Assembly (NCBI GenBank): GCA_964247055.1
Contig: OZ176052.1
Span: 1,674,001-1,738,000 of the forward strand
Direction: 5' to 3'
From: Paragordius varius
Lineage: Eukaryota; Animalia; Nematomorpha
Length of the DNA stretch: 64,000 nucleotides
The position numbers and the translations under genes were made by a program. The notes beneath the pieces are model-generated. The model made no database searches, was not told where the DNA came from, and saw only the letters and a list, made by a program, of their open reading frames with translations. Each line of letters starts with the position of its first letter. The stretch's first letter is position 1. Positions 22,601 to 35,040 of this stretch are shown here, piece by piece.

Positions 22601-25600
22601 TATTAAAATATTCCCTTCGGTAATAAATTTTTGTACAATGTAATCCAAACATAGCGATTGAAATGTTGTGAAATATATAAAATCCGCATTAAAGAAATGA
22701 TTTTGTACTTCATTTTTATTATTAAAGTTATGTTCGAAACTAAATTCATCCTTTTCAAGAGCTAAAAAAATGATCAAAAAGGATTATTATATTTTAGTAG
22801 ATTTATAAACGTTTCAAAAGTTATTTATAATTCAAATACGTATAACTACTTTTAATTTAAAGTCTATAAATTAATTTATCCATAAAGTTAAAGATGGTAG
22901 TCATTAAAAAAAATGGCAAAATAAACAATTTTTTCAATAATTATTACAATTTTATAGATATTTTTAGGCAAAAAAGCAAAATGTAATAATTTGCAAAAGC
23001 CTTTAATAAATTTATTGAATAAAAATTATAACAAAAAAGGAAAAATTCATAATATTTGAAAAAATGTTTATGATACCTGATCATATAAGACAATGACAGA
23101 CAATAGGAATACAAAAGAAAGGAAATTTAACATGACATCAAAACACAAATATCCATGCAACAGTATTACACTAATATATTTAAAAAAATTATATAAATCT
23201 ATATATAAAAGCAAAAAATCTAGTGGTATTCCAGTGTATGCATTTTTGATAATTTTTTTTAAAATAATTTAAAAACTGATTAGATAAACGGGTTATTAAA
23301 CCATACTTATATAAAAATTAGTTCTATTTCTTGTATACCATAATTAAATATATAATCAATAATAGATAAGAACGCTGATTTTAAAAAATGTTTAGGCTTT
23401 AAGTGATATATCATTTATAAGGTTCTTATGTTAAGTTATAATGATATAACCGAAATATTGATAAAAATCAGCTGTTTATCGCATTTTCTCTTTCAAACTT
23501 AATTCGTTCTAAATATAACACCGAAAAAAGTAATCCAACCCATTCACTTTATCCAAAAAACTTTTTTTATTAATCATTTACTAAATTTTCGTTTCATACC
23601 ATGATATTGAGAGTAGAATTGTGAACTAAACTGTATTAAAGCCAAATCGATTTCAACACCCGACCTTAAATGCATTAAAATTCCGGTTTCTGGATGACAC
23701 AAACGAGTACGTATTTGAGTGAGAAGGTTTGTCACCAAATGACTTTTTCCCATTTCCTGTTTCACAAAAAAAGTAAATTTTTTTCAATTATTGTTTATTA
23801 TAATTAAAAACTGAATATAATAGGACGGCCCAAAAAAATAATATTCGTTGAGAATATACCATTTGCACTTTAAGAGTGTCCTTGAACACTTCAGGTTGGT
23901 CCTTGAACACTTTAAGTTTTTCCTTGAACATTTCAAGTAGGTTCTTCAACATATCAAGTTTCCTTGAACATTACAGGTGGGTCCTTTGATATTTTTGTTT
24001 TGTTTTTAACTTTTATCAATCAAATCGTATATCATTCATCTAATGTATCGTTTTTAACCTATTTTTTATTATTTACGATAAATTTTAAATCAATATCAAC
24101 TTTTAATCATTGACCGTATATCTTTATTAATATCTTATAATTAATTTTGATATTTATAAGATTTTTTTAAAACGTAATTAAAAAATATATAAGTTTCCTG
24201 AGGTATTATTTACAATTATTTTGAAAACATTTATAAGTTTATAATTTTTTGGAAAAAAACTAGTTTGAAACAAAAAAGTAGTTTTTGAATAAAATTTTTT
24301 ATTTTTAAATGAATAAATATATAAATAAAGAAAATTAGGTAAAAAAATTAAAATTAAAAAATACATGCAAAAATTATGGTTAAATCAAAATTTAAAAATT
24401 TTAAGGACCAACTTGAAGTGTTCAAGGACAAACTTAAATTGTTCAAGGACCAACTTGAAGTGTTAAAGGACACTCTTGAAGGTATACTTATGAATGCAGT
24501 CATTTATGATTATAAACAATTAATAAGATTACAATCGGAAAAAATTATAATTAATTGCAAAACAAATAATTTAACCAAAATAATATATAATTAATTAATA
24601 CTCTTATTATTATTATATGTAGTTTTATATATGTATGTATCACATATTAATTGATAATGTTCAAAATTCTGATTGATTATTTTTATAATCCTAACCTAAA
24701 CCAGCTATCTACGACTAAAATTTAACAAATTAAAATATTATTACTTTCCCAGTTGTTAATTTAACCCTATTATATTTTTCAATGTTAATCATATAATTAT
24801 GTTTTAAAGTGAAAATACCATTTGTCCATCCTTAAACTTTTTCTCTTCTACCATTTGTCTTATTGAAGTGAAATGCAATTTTTGTTTGGAGTTTATTTGC
24901 TGGTTTAAATCCAAAGATATTTCGGTAAATATTGCCTCATCAACTTTAGAGATTTTAGTCTTATTTTCTTTGTGGGCGCTATGATCTATAAAAAATTTGT
25001 GGTGAAAAAGCATTAAAATTTTTACTTTAATTAGATCAAAAATTATTACTTTTAATATTGTTAAAATAAATAGATATAATGTTTTTTCGTTTAATCGCTA
25101 AAATCTCTGAGGTTAATTTATTAAAATAACTTTTTATATAATAATTTTTACCATAAAAATAAAAAAAAATAAAAGGTTTGGTATTGTGTGTTTTGGGGTA
25201 TTCTATATAGCATAAAGTTGCGTTTTTAATATTGCAATATAATAAAAAATATACTTAACAAAAACACGCAAGATTATTAGCCAAAAAATATATTTTAAAA
25301 GAATTAAAGTATACTATCCAAACTTCCAATGACACCAGGTGTAGTTCCATGATTTGAAAGCTGAGTTCCAAAATCAAAAATATCGCATATATCTTCATCT
25401 GTTTCCGATGATTCATTATTTTCATGAGGAGTTAAATCATTTTCTTGGAAATTTACCATATTATTATTGCTAGATAAATCATTAGATGAAGCCGTATATT
25501 TCATTTTGTGATTTTTATCAAATAAATTTTCTCCAATTTCGTCAAATTTTTCTCCGTTTGATGGCTCAACAATTAAAGCGACGTCCGTTTCTAATAAAAT

Positions 25601-28600
25601 TTCAATAAAAATTTAAATTAAAAAATAAATAGTTGATTATTTTGTTTCTCTAATGAATCGAATCTTTCGAAAAAGAAATTGCTTAAAAATATTTTTATCC
25701 TTAACCTTTCTCTGTATTGTGTAAATATTATAAACTAAAAAATTGTCGTTAAATGTTTATTTAAGATGTTATTAAAAGATATTTATATAAAAAATAAAGT
25801 TTTTAGGACAAAAATCTAATTAAATAATACCATCAATTTCTACATCGGCGTCCGATGGTGTTTCATAATGCGATTCGGTATCGAAAGATGTTTGATTACT
25901 ATCGTTAAACGAGCTTGTATTTTGATTCTCATCCTTATAATAATTGTTCAGGGTATATTGACAAGCCGTATTTTCTATTAATTTTAATATTAAATTTTCG
26001 CATGTGATTAAATATATATACCTCAAATCGAACTCTCTCTTAAACAATTCATATTCGCCCTAAAATTATGTGTTTTTTGGCTAATATAACTCAATCAATA
26101 ATATGAAATGTTTCTTTATATGTCATAGTTTAATATTATGTTATAATTTTAAATAAAATATATATTTTATAAAATATTTATTTAGGGTGAATTATAAATT
26201 TTTTCGAGGGTGAATTTCAGTTTAAATGGTATATATAAATAAGTTTGATGAGTGCATAAAAGTCAACCTTACATATTGATAACTTAGTCTTAATATTTAA
26301 TTGGTATATATTGTAAAAAATGTTTAAAAAATTAATCTAAAACAAACTATTGAAATCACTGTGTTATTAAACTATGAATTAAGTTTTCATAAAAGTATGA
26401 GTTGGGATTTCCCAATTACATGCTTTTTATATCATTTCGTTTTGAAGGTTACTTGCAAAACGAAAAGACATTTAAATGGTTCATTTGGCATAAGGTTTAT
26501 AATCTATATACATTGATCATTTGATATAGAGACCTTATATATATAAGTTTTTAACTTTCACTTTAATACAAATTTTATTAGAAATTACATACCTAATATT
26601 TCAATTCCATCCAAATTGTGTTTAATTGACTGCAGGGATAACAATAAACGATGACAAAAATGTATAATTGAATCATTTAAGAAAGAATACTGAACATTGT
26701 CACATGATAACATAGGGTTAGGATTACAAGATTGATATATTGTATTCCAAACGACATATATGAATTGAATTAACCTAGTTAGTTAAAATATATTAATAGG
26801 GTTCAAAAAATGTGTATTAAAATAATATAATAATGTTGGGAAAAGCTCTTTAAATAAGATTTGCTTTGTAAAATAAAATACAACAATAATATGATTTATT
26901 TGGCTATAATCATTCAAAATAACCTAAAGATTATATTATGAAGCCATTTTAATTTGGGGCGCTCTCATCCATGTATATAACGGACTTATAAAACCGTTAT
27001 TTATTAGTTTTTTAAAAGGATTAATGAATGAAATTATTGGACATACTCACTTACTTAGGTTCAAAGAAAAATCGTAGATTAGTAATATTAAAAATTTGCG
27101 GCAGTGCTTACTTAGACTTTAGTAGTTTACCATAATCTTTCGATCGAATGCACAGTATATAAAATGATGCGATTTTTTACTTTATATATATGTAAAAAAA
27201 ACTTGCAGAATAGATGTTTTCGAAAAATATCAGAAAAACTATAGCCTTTGCAGAGTTCACCAAAAGTGATTTAACAACATCACAAAACTAATAAAGGTTT
27301 ATAAAAAGCTTTAAATTAATTACATTTGTATCATATCCATATCATAGATACCATTTTCCAAAACATAAAACCAATAATATTCTTTTTCCGGAATTTCAAT
27401 TTTTTGATCTATGAAACTCTCATGTTGATGATGTATAGTTAAAATAGTGTATAAAGTTTGCGGTTCAATTAAATTGCATACTGTTTGCTTAATGAATAAC
27501 TTTAAACCTTTGCAGACTATATTTGAATCATTAACATTGGCATTATTGGGTAATAGAGTTGAATTGAAATAATTAGCATGTGCACATAGAGCGGATTGCA
27601 TCAAGGATTGCCAAATTAGACTGAGGGCCCCACCAGTAGTAATGTTTCCACCCTTTTTTTCTTCCCCTAACAATATTATAAATGGTTAAATTCTTTAATT
27701 TTTACACAATATAGAAAAACGTTTTTTTAAATTTCTATATCTATGTCGTTATAAAAATGCAAATGAAACTTTATTTGTGGGAAAAAATCCAAAAAAGGTT
27801 TTTCATGTATAGGTATAGATGTAAAAATAAACTTCTCAAATAGAAAAAACGTTTAAAATATGTTGTAAAATATCAATTTGCCTTTGAAAACATTTCATGC
27901 CGGGTTTAGTGTGCAAAAAATATTATTGAACAAAAACGGATCAAAAAAACTTATTTTTTACAAAACAAAAGCGGTAAAAACGTTTTAATTTTAAATACTC
28001 AACACACATAAAAATTAGAGTGTATAACCCAAAACTTGTGAAAGCTAAGAAAAAAATGCTAAAATTATTAATTATTTTAATATAAATATTAACTCACCTT
28101 TAGTGTGCCCAATATAAAGACAAATGTGATACAATAATTGATTGATTGAATAATAATAATCTGGCCTAAGGAATAATGGACTTTCAGGGATTGAAATAGC
28201 TGCCCCGTTCCAACACACCATGGGTTTATCATTTGCCAAACAACTAAAATATATAAATAAACGAGGAAATATATTTATTCTTATTATAATTTCTCTTTGG
28301 TAGTTTTAGAGAAAAGATTAGTTTAATATAATTTGCTTCAGGAAAAAACGTAAAATAAAGACAAAAAAATTTGTCTAAAAGACAATGATACTTCTTAAAT
28401 CTTGATTGATTCCAAAAAAACTCATTGTTTTAAAGGACCAAGTGTGAAATAGAGTTATATAACACTAACACAACATATTTTACAATTTACGATTGTGAAA
28501 TAGCTTATATAGAAAAATTAAGGTTGAAAAAAGTAGGGTTGCCTTTTAAATAAAAAAATTTGTCTTTATATTTTTACGCTTTGTCCGTATAATTTTAAAA

Positions 28601-30469
28601 TTTACTGTTTAAAAACAAGTTATTTAGCCCTTATATTTGTAAATTTATTGAGAATACATTATCAGTCTATCAGTAAAAACCTATTTATAAACAACTCCAA
28701 TTCAAAAAAAACAATTTTAAAAACAATGTACAAAAAAGTGTTGTTTAAAAACCTTTTAGTGTCACCATCATAAACATTATTCCGACACTTATATTGAACA
28801 GAATAAGCTTGATCACTTGAGGGAATATTAGTGGAATATCCTTTATTTTTGCCATTCATAATAATATAATAATTGGGTAAATTATAAAGATTTGCTAGGG
28901 CTGGGCAAACATCTTTCCTAACAAAACATATATAATACTTTTTAAATATTTGAAAAAAAAATAAAAATATTGCACGATTATATTATACAGGAGACTATTG
29001 AATCCAAAATTAAACTAATTTATATATGTTAGATTATACTTTATGGAAGGGAAATAAAATGTTGCTTATTAATCAAAGGCAAAACAAATAGTAGAGAGTT
29101 ATTTGAGTTAAAATAAATTTTAAGAGTACAATTTTGTGTTCAGGTATTATTGATTAGAATTTTATATGAATCTATATATTTTATTTTATGTGAGGAATAA
29201 AAAGATGATTTTTACCATAGAGTTTCCGTTAAAACATCTGACGTATAGATATAATTATTTTTCGTGGCGATTAAAACCGTAAGTATACCATTAAAAGCTT
29301 CAAAAACGCAGCAGAGAGCTGAATTTGACCTATAGATATATATATATATATATATATAATGCTTTTTTCAAAAAAAATATGGATAAAAATATGTAAAAAA
29401 TTAAATTTCCAAAAGAACACTTTATTGTTTTAACCTTAATTTTTACATATATTGGGGTTTGAAAATAAAGCAATAGAGATCTAAATTGGTAAGAATTTAA
29501 ATTTCATGCATCACCACAATTATAATCATATGGGTAAAATAATAGGATAAAATCATGGATTTTAAAAATATGGTTTACCTCTAAAAAAAATAATTTAGTT
29601 TTTACTCTTTATATTTTTTTGTTTATATTATTAATTATTGCAATTGTTTCATATTTAACATAATCTTTTTATGGGAAATAAATTAAAAGATCGAAAACAA
29701 AACCATATAAAAACGACAAACTTGGTATTATAAAATTTACAATCATCCGATACGTAAAGAATGAGTTTATCAATATTTGCCATTATTACTAATTGTGAAT
29801 ATAAATTTGTATCATTAATTTGATCAGGGGTATTATTATTTGCGTTAAACAAAGATTCATTTTCCAAAAATTGATGATAATATTGAATGTAAGTTTGAAA
29901 CATTTGAAAGATATTAATTCTAATGCGTTTTGTAAGTTGCGTTTCGTGGGTCACCGTTTCGTACGTTTGCAATAACAGCTAAAAATTAAAAATATATATC
30001 ATTTAAGGTCAAATTTACCCTTGAACAATTTAAATTTACACTTAAACAATTCAAATTAACCCTCGAAACCCTAAAATAAATTGTGTGTTTTTTAAGATAT
30101 AAAATTATCTATATTTTTTTATATTTCGAAAAAATGAAATTACGTATAATAATAATAAAATAATACTGAAAAAATAATAAACTATGCCATAAGAATGTAT
30201 TTCTTATTAATGAGCCCAATAATTTATTTTTAGGGTGAATTTGAATTGCAAATGTTATATTAAAAATATTATATATTAAAAGATTATTTCTATAAAATTA
30301 AAATTTCAGTTAACCTACCTTATATATTTTGATAAATTGGCCAGGATGTGAAAAATGGTGAGGGTAAAGCGTGGCTATCTTATGGATAAGCTAACATTAC
30401 AAATAAATAAAATGATTTATTTTAACAGAAAATATTAATAAATACAATAAAATATCTAAGGTATCCTGC

Positions 30470-30511
<42 letters not shown>

Positions 30512-32981
30512 TGAAAATATATTCCGAAGAATGCTTAAATATCCTATCGTATTTCCATTTTAAGATATAGTGATTTTATTTTGATTCCTGTAATTACACT
30601 ATATATCCAAATATTTATTATTATTATTATTAAAAGCCACTAGTAATTGGAAAAATTAAATATGGACAGCTTTGTAATGACACTCTCTTACGCTAAGCTT
30701 TCGTGGAAAAACAGCACTTTTAAACAAAACATCTTATATGAGAATAATAAAATTTCCAATATTTAATGATCCTATAATCTTAAATATTATAAAGCGATAG
30801 AAAAAAATTAAAACATCATATTTTCAATCAAAATTTGTTACAATAAAAAAATAAAATAATATGTTATGTTTTAATGACAAATATTTGATTATAATCATAA
30901 TTTTATGGAAATAATAATAATTTATATTTTGTTAACACTACCCTTAATTAAAAGCAATGGGTGCTTATAATTAATAAAAAAACCTCTATTATTCGAAATT
31001 TATCGGTTATTTCTTCAACTAAACCATGCGTTAGAGCAAATGACAAACTCATCAAAATGTTGTTTGCAAAATCGGGAGGACGGGATTGATCTCCATTATT
31101 TTTTACGCCATCTATTTTTTGGTGGACAAAAAACTTTTTTTCGCTGTCTGTTTCGCCCTCTTTTACTAAAATCTATGAAATAATATAAATATTTTGCGAC
31201 ACATTTTCCATTATTTTGAGTTTTATCAAAAAAAATGATTAAAATTTACCAATTGTAATGTTAATAATTACTTCGAAACCAGTCAAAGTAATAGCTAACG
31301 GAATATCCCCGTTCTTGACCATCAAATCCAAAATTTCAATATACTTTAATCTAATTAGATATATATTATATATATATATATAATAAAAATATTGTGATGA
31401 ATTGAACTGACATACTTTCAATTTTTTTTAGATAGCATTTTAAAAGCGATAAACTTTTAATATCTGATTGTTTGTAATTTTTCTCAATAATTGAACCAAT
31501 CCTATTTAATTCCCAAACTAAATTTACAGTTAAAATTGTGTCTTCATCATTATTAACAGCTATATTATTGTTAATACATACAAATAATTTTCTAAATTTA
31601 ATTTTGTTTTAACATAAAATAAACTTTATTTGATCAAATCTAATTCGTATAAGTACCCAAAATAAAGTATATATTAAAAGGTTAATTGTATTGGAAAAAG
31701 GAAATTAATCATTATAAAATGCAGAAAAAATATTAATGACTTAAAAAACATTAATTTATTGTTGGAGAAAGAGTTTTATTGTCAGTGTATTCAGACATAT
31801 AAAATGTTAATTTTGCGTAAATCATAATTCACCTAATTTTTCTTCTAATGGATTCCATAATAAAAAATATGCTTTAAAGACTGTAAAAAAAGTATACCTG
31901 ATAAAATCATAATTTCCAATTTGTGGACGACTTGTTTGAAAATCTATCGATTTCAAATAACATAATAATAATTGAGCCAAAAATGTGAATTAACAAAAAA
32001 ATATAGCTTTAAATAACCATATTAATAAGATCCAATTTAAACATTTGTTAGAAGTATATATATATATATATAAATATTCAGAACCCACACAAAATATTTG
32101 ACAGTAATTATACCAGAAATTATTAAGTCATAATTTAATTTATCATAATTTACCACCATATATAAATCAATAAAATTTATAAATCTATATGAAAATAAAT
32201 TTAATGTAGCTGTGTAAGGAAATTAAAAAAATCACTAATAGCTCTCTATTTCTTTTAAACTTAATAAAATTTTAACCGTTTCCTTAATAATTATATGAAT
32301 AAAAAAATATATTTTTATTATATATAATATTTATAATATTTAGCAAAATATATATATATATACATATATCGGAAAGTATAATAAAATATTTTATCACCGA
32401 ATCCCATTATAAATTGGTGCAACAATTTTTATTTTATCTCTTAAAAAAAAGATATAATACCTAAACATTAATAATAATATTGTGTGAAAAAAATGATTTT
32501 TTTAATATGGAATAAAAATATAATTGGGATATATGTAAATTGATATGTATTAATCTAGGTTCCCAATTGTAATTAATTTACCTAATTTTCGAATAAATAA
32601 ATTGTGATAATATGCTTTTCAATTTTTTTAAAAATATGTGATTATTCCGATTCCGTTAATTGAGGTAATTTTATCGATTAATTTTTTTTAAAAAGGCATT
32701 TTGTTTTAAAATTTTTCTTGAGTTAAATTTGAATTAAAGTGTCTGTTATTATTATTGAAGAAGAAATAATTCTACATCAAAACCAAATCATAAAAATTTG
32801 ACACCAATTATATATAACTATCGATTATATTTGTTCAGAGGTGATATATAAAATATAATATAAGAAGATAAAATTATCAAATTATATTAGATATAAGATA
32901 ATTATTACTTTCTATTGCTTTAAAAATATCACTATCTGATCCAGGCAAAAACTCCAAAACTTTTTCAAAAATATCATCCAT
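10263..32981 (-). CDS. ARFGEF3: BIG3/ARFGEF3-like protein (degenerate Sec7 family), copy 1, multi-exon, complete span
   Basis: Exons match remembered human BIG3 motifs in order. First exon 32981-32909 MDDIFEKV..KAIE (~MEEILRKL..KAIKE); QTYETVTHE..RINIFQMF; TLWKDVCPAL (~LIWKNLCPAL); EIDLALIQFSSQF near 23617-23655 (~EVDTALQNFASTF); FNADFIY (~MNADSLY); WSHVLR (~WPHVFR); FDRRPGLKFLLKR near 12439-12477 (~FDTSPGLKCLLKK); NLYRVGSLAF (~NLYRQSAMSF); last exon 10439-10263. Not every internal exon was resolved, especially between 30.3 and 32.9 kb. Confidence 0.87.
11086..11340. mobile_element. Family C element, present only in copy 1 of this BIG3 intron
   Basis: accatttacagtttaaattcaaccttgaacaa...gggtgaatttgaattgtaaat; absent from the equivalent intron at 44770-45100. 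Confidence 0.85.
13589..13838. mobile_element. MITE family B, intronic
   Basis: c(t)gtaaaaattg...caattttactg; counterpart at 47424-47680. Confidence 0.7.
16638..16687. repeat. (AT)n microsatellite
   Basis: Uninterrupted AT run of ~50 nt. Shorter runs at 15583, 29336 and 63392. Confidence 0.95.
17050..17238. mobile_element. MITE family A, intronic
   Basis: Same TIR and palindromic interior as 8817-9004; counterpart at 50729-50880. Confidence 0.8.
17973..18186. mobile_element. Family C element, intronic
   Basis: accatttacaatacaaattcacc...ttgtaaatgtt; counterpart near 51616-51880. Confidence 0.7.
21327..21598. mobile_element. hAT-type MITE with 8-bp target-site duplication
   Basis: TIRs caggggtgttcaac and gttgtggacacccctg; flanks gactatat (21319-21326) and gactatac (21599-21606). 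Confidence 0.85.
23858..24484. mobile_element. Foldback family D with inverted arrays of a 21-bp repeat (ttcaagttggtccttgaacac)
   Basis: The left arm starts accatttgcac and has ~5 tandem 21-mers. The right arm has ~3 inverted units. An AT-rich spacer separates them. Confidence 0.85.
26020..26230. mobile_element. Family C element, intronic
   Basis: Degenerate left arm; right arm ...gagggtgaatttcagtttaaatggt. Counterpart at 60046-60315. Confidence 0.7.
28320..28607. mobile_element. MITE family B, intronic
   Basis: aaacgtaaaataaagac...gtctttatatttttacgctttgtccgtataattttaaaatttactg; counterpart at ~62385-62668. Confidence 0.7.
30000..30256. mobile_element. Family C element, intronic
   Basis: Three 21-bp-type units on the left and tagggtgaatttgaattgcaaatg on the right. 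Confidence 0.75.
30473..30508. repeat. (AT)n microsatellite
   Basis: Direct reading of the sequence. Confidence 0.95.
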
Positions 32982-33400
32982 TTTTCAGTTGTTTCAGTGC
33001 GTAGGTGATAAACTCATGTTTTTATCAATATAATTTATGTTTAATAACATAAATATATAGGACTTTGTTTGGTTTTAAATGTCTGATATAAAACTTGATT
33101 TTTTTATATTTAAGTGGTATTAAATATTATTAAACACTATCAGGTCGTTTTAGGCGTGTATTGATTATATAAAAATAATGGCCAAACACATTTAGATTTT
33201 GCTAATCGGCGAAATAAATTGATTTTTTTTGTCAGCATACAAGAAAGCAGTTTTTAATATCTCTTCCGGTTATCCTTCCAATTTATTACTGGTTAAATTA
33301 ATATTTTTAAAAAAGTTAAAACCTCCATTATAGTAATTTTTAAAGTAAACTGTTACCTGTTGTGCAATAAAGCATTGTATTTTAACCGGTTACAGTAATA

Positions 33401-33986
33401 TTAACACTTGGATACAACACACTCATTTTAGTCCTTCGATTCAAAGGGTAGTTGGATACCCCATCCCTGTTTAAAATCAAATACTTTAAAAAATATGGAA
33501 GGAATCGAAACCATGGCAAAATATTGCACTTATATAACATTAATAAACCGAAATATATAAAAAATTTTATTCAAAAATACTTGATATTACTTATTTTAAG
33601 TTAAAACCAAAAGGTAAAAATTTCATCAACGTGACATGTGTCAAATTGTAAAATTGAAAAATTATACAAACTAAAGCGCTTTTTCTATTTCTATCAATGT
33701 TAGATGTAATTTATATAAAAAATTAGCTTTAGTTTTACCCTTAAATTAAATAAAAACGATATTTTGCAAAAATTTTGTAAAATAAAAATGGCGTCGAAGT
33801 AGTTTGAGATGAAGCTTTTTTTTCAAAACAAAATTTTATCAATATATTTTGGCATATTTGTATAATATTTATCAGGATAGAAGCATAAATTTATATTTGA
33901 ACCGTTTCCTTCAGTAGTTTTTTAAAAATATAAATTTAAATTTAGTCTGGGGTATTTAGATACCCCAATTTGAATCGAAGTGTTAA
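33401..33986. mobile_element. TTAA-flanked non-autonomous element (piggyBac-like ends)
   Basis: The left end ttaacacttggat and the reverse complement of the right end, ttaacacttcgat, match at 12/13 including TTAA. There are inverted subterminal ttcgattcaaa and ggatacccc-like motifs. Confidence 0.55.
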
Positions 33987-34816
33987 AAATATACATCAAA
34001 TTGTAAAATAAAGGCAAAATTTTCTAAAGCCAACCATATGTTTAAAACATTTAATTATAATATATCCTTTTGGACTGCAGAATGGTATTTCAAATTATAA
34101 TAGTTTGTGTAGAAAAAATCCAAAACTAAAAATGTATTTTTAAAAAAACGTTTGTTTATATATTTTTACATTTTGTCTTAAATTTTAATAGGTCAACAAA
34201 TTAAATGACTTTCCCCTTTTTGGTGTGGAATACGGATCATAATGAAATGGTTGGCGGTTTTTCCATGCTAAAACTCACCGAGTTTATATTTATGTGCCAG
34301 GGATCCCAGAACAAGTTGAGAATGCAATAATTATTTTGTTAAAAATCAGTGGAGTTCGCCTAAAAATAAAACATTTCTCATTAAGTTTAAATAAATAAAT
34401 TTTTAGCATTTTTCCAATTATAATTTATATGGTTATTAAACTAATAAATTTTGCAAAAATATGGTGAAGATGAATATTATACAGAGCATGTTTGTTTTCC
34501 CTTACTACGGAAGATTGGTCCATACTCACAAATTCCAAATACAACTTTCCAGAAACATTGGCTGATTATGAAATAAATTGTACACTCTTCAAATATTTCA
34601 TTGCAAGTTATGATAAGCACATCATGAATTTTTAAAAACTTAAATCCACCTAAAATAATAGGTATCCCATTAAAAATTAAATAAAATTAAAAGTTTTCTG
34701 CAATAATTAACTCACAAATAATGAGCTAGATAACTTTTAAATACTCAAAATTGGATCTAGTTTTGAAAATTCCAGTAAACAATTTTTAATGTGTTTGGAT
34801 AAATTAATACCCTTGT

Positions 34817-35040
34817 ATCCCATTTACCAAATTCACCCTTAAACAATTCAAATTCACCCAAAAATAAATTTAATGTTTTCGGGCTGATATAACTCAGCAT
34901 AAATATGAAATATACCTATATGGCATAGTTTATTATTTGTATTATATAAATTTATCATATATTTTTTTAAATATATAAAAATAGGAATAATTTTAAATCT
35001 TAAACAACACAATCTATTTTTAATTAAACTGTAAATGGTA
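34817..35040. mobile_element. Family C element in the non-duplicated spacer
   Basis: ccatttaccaaattcacccttaaacaattcaaattcaccc...ctgtaaatggta. Confidence 0.7.

Larger units (their letters stand above)
3620..29980. repeat. Segmental duplication, copy 1 (part alignable within the window)
   Basis: Colinear with 37055-64000. Anchor pairs: 3785/37163, 6182/39404, 10263/43980, 29972/63997, so the offset is 33.2-34.0 kb. Confidence 0.97.

Noticed and set aside
23877-23990. 21-bp direct repeats as a CRISPR-like array
   Set aside because: The units are contiguous with no unique spacers, are mirrored in inverted orientation, and lie in a eukaryotic intron with no cas genes.
24376-24594. Heptad, leucine-zipper-like ORF KDQLEVFKDKLKLFKDQLEV
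   Set aside because: It is the translation of the 21-bp repeat of foldback D, and the frame is disrupted in copy 2 (58440-58540).
10263-32981. Alternative genetic code (TAA/TAG reassigned) suggested by high AT content
   Set aside because: Exons of 100-170 codons are open in the standard code, use CAA/CAG for Gln, and both genes end at conserved TAA/TGA.
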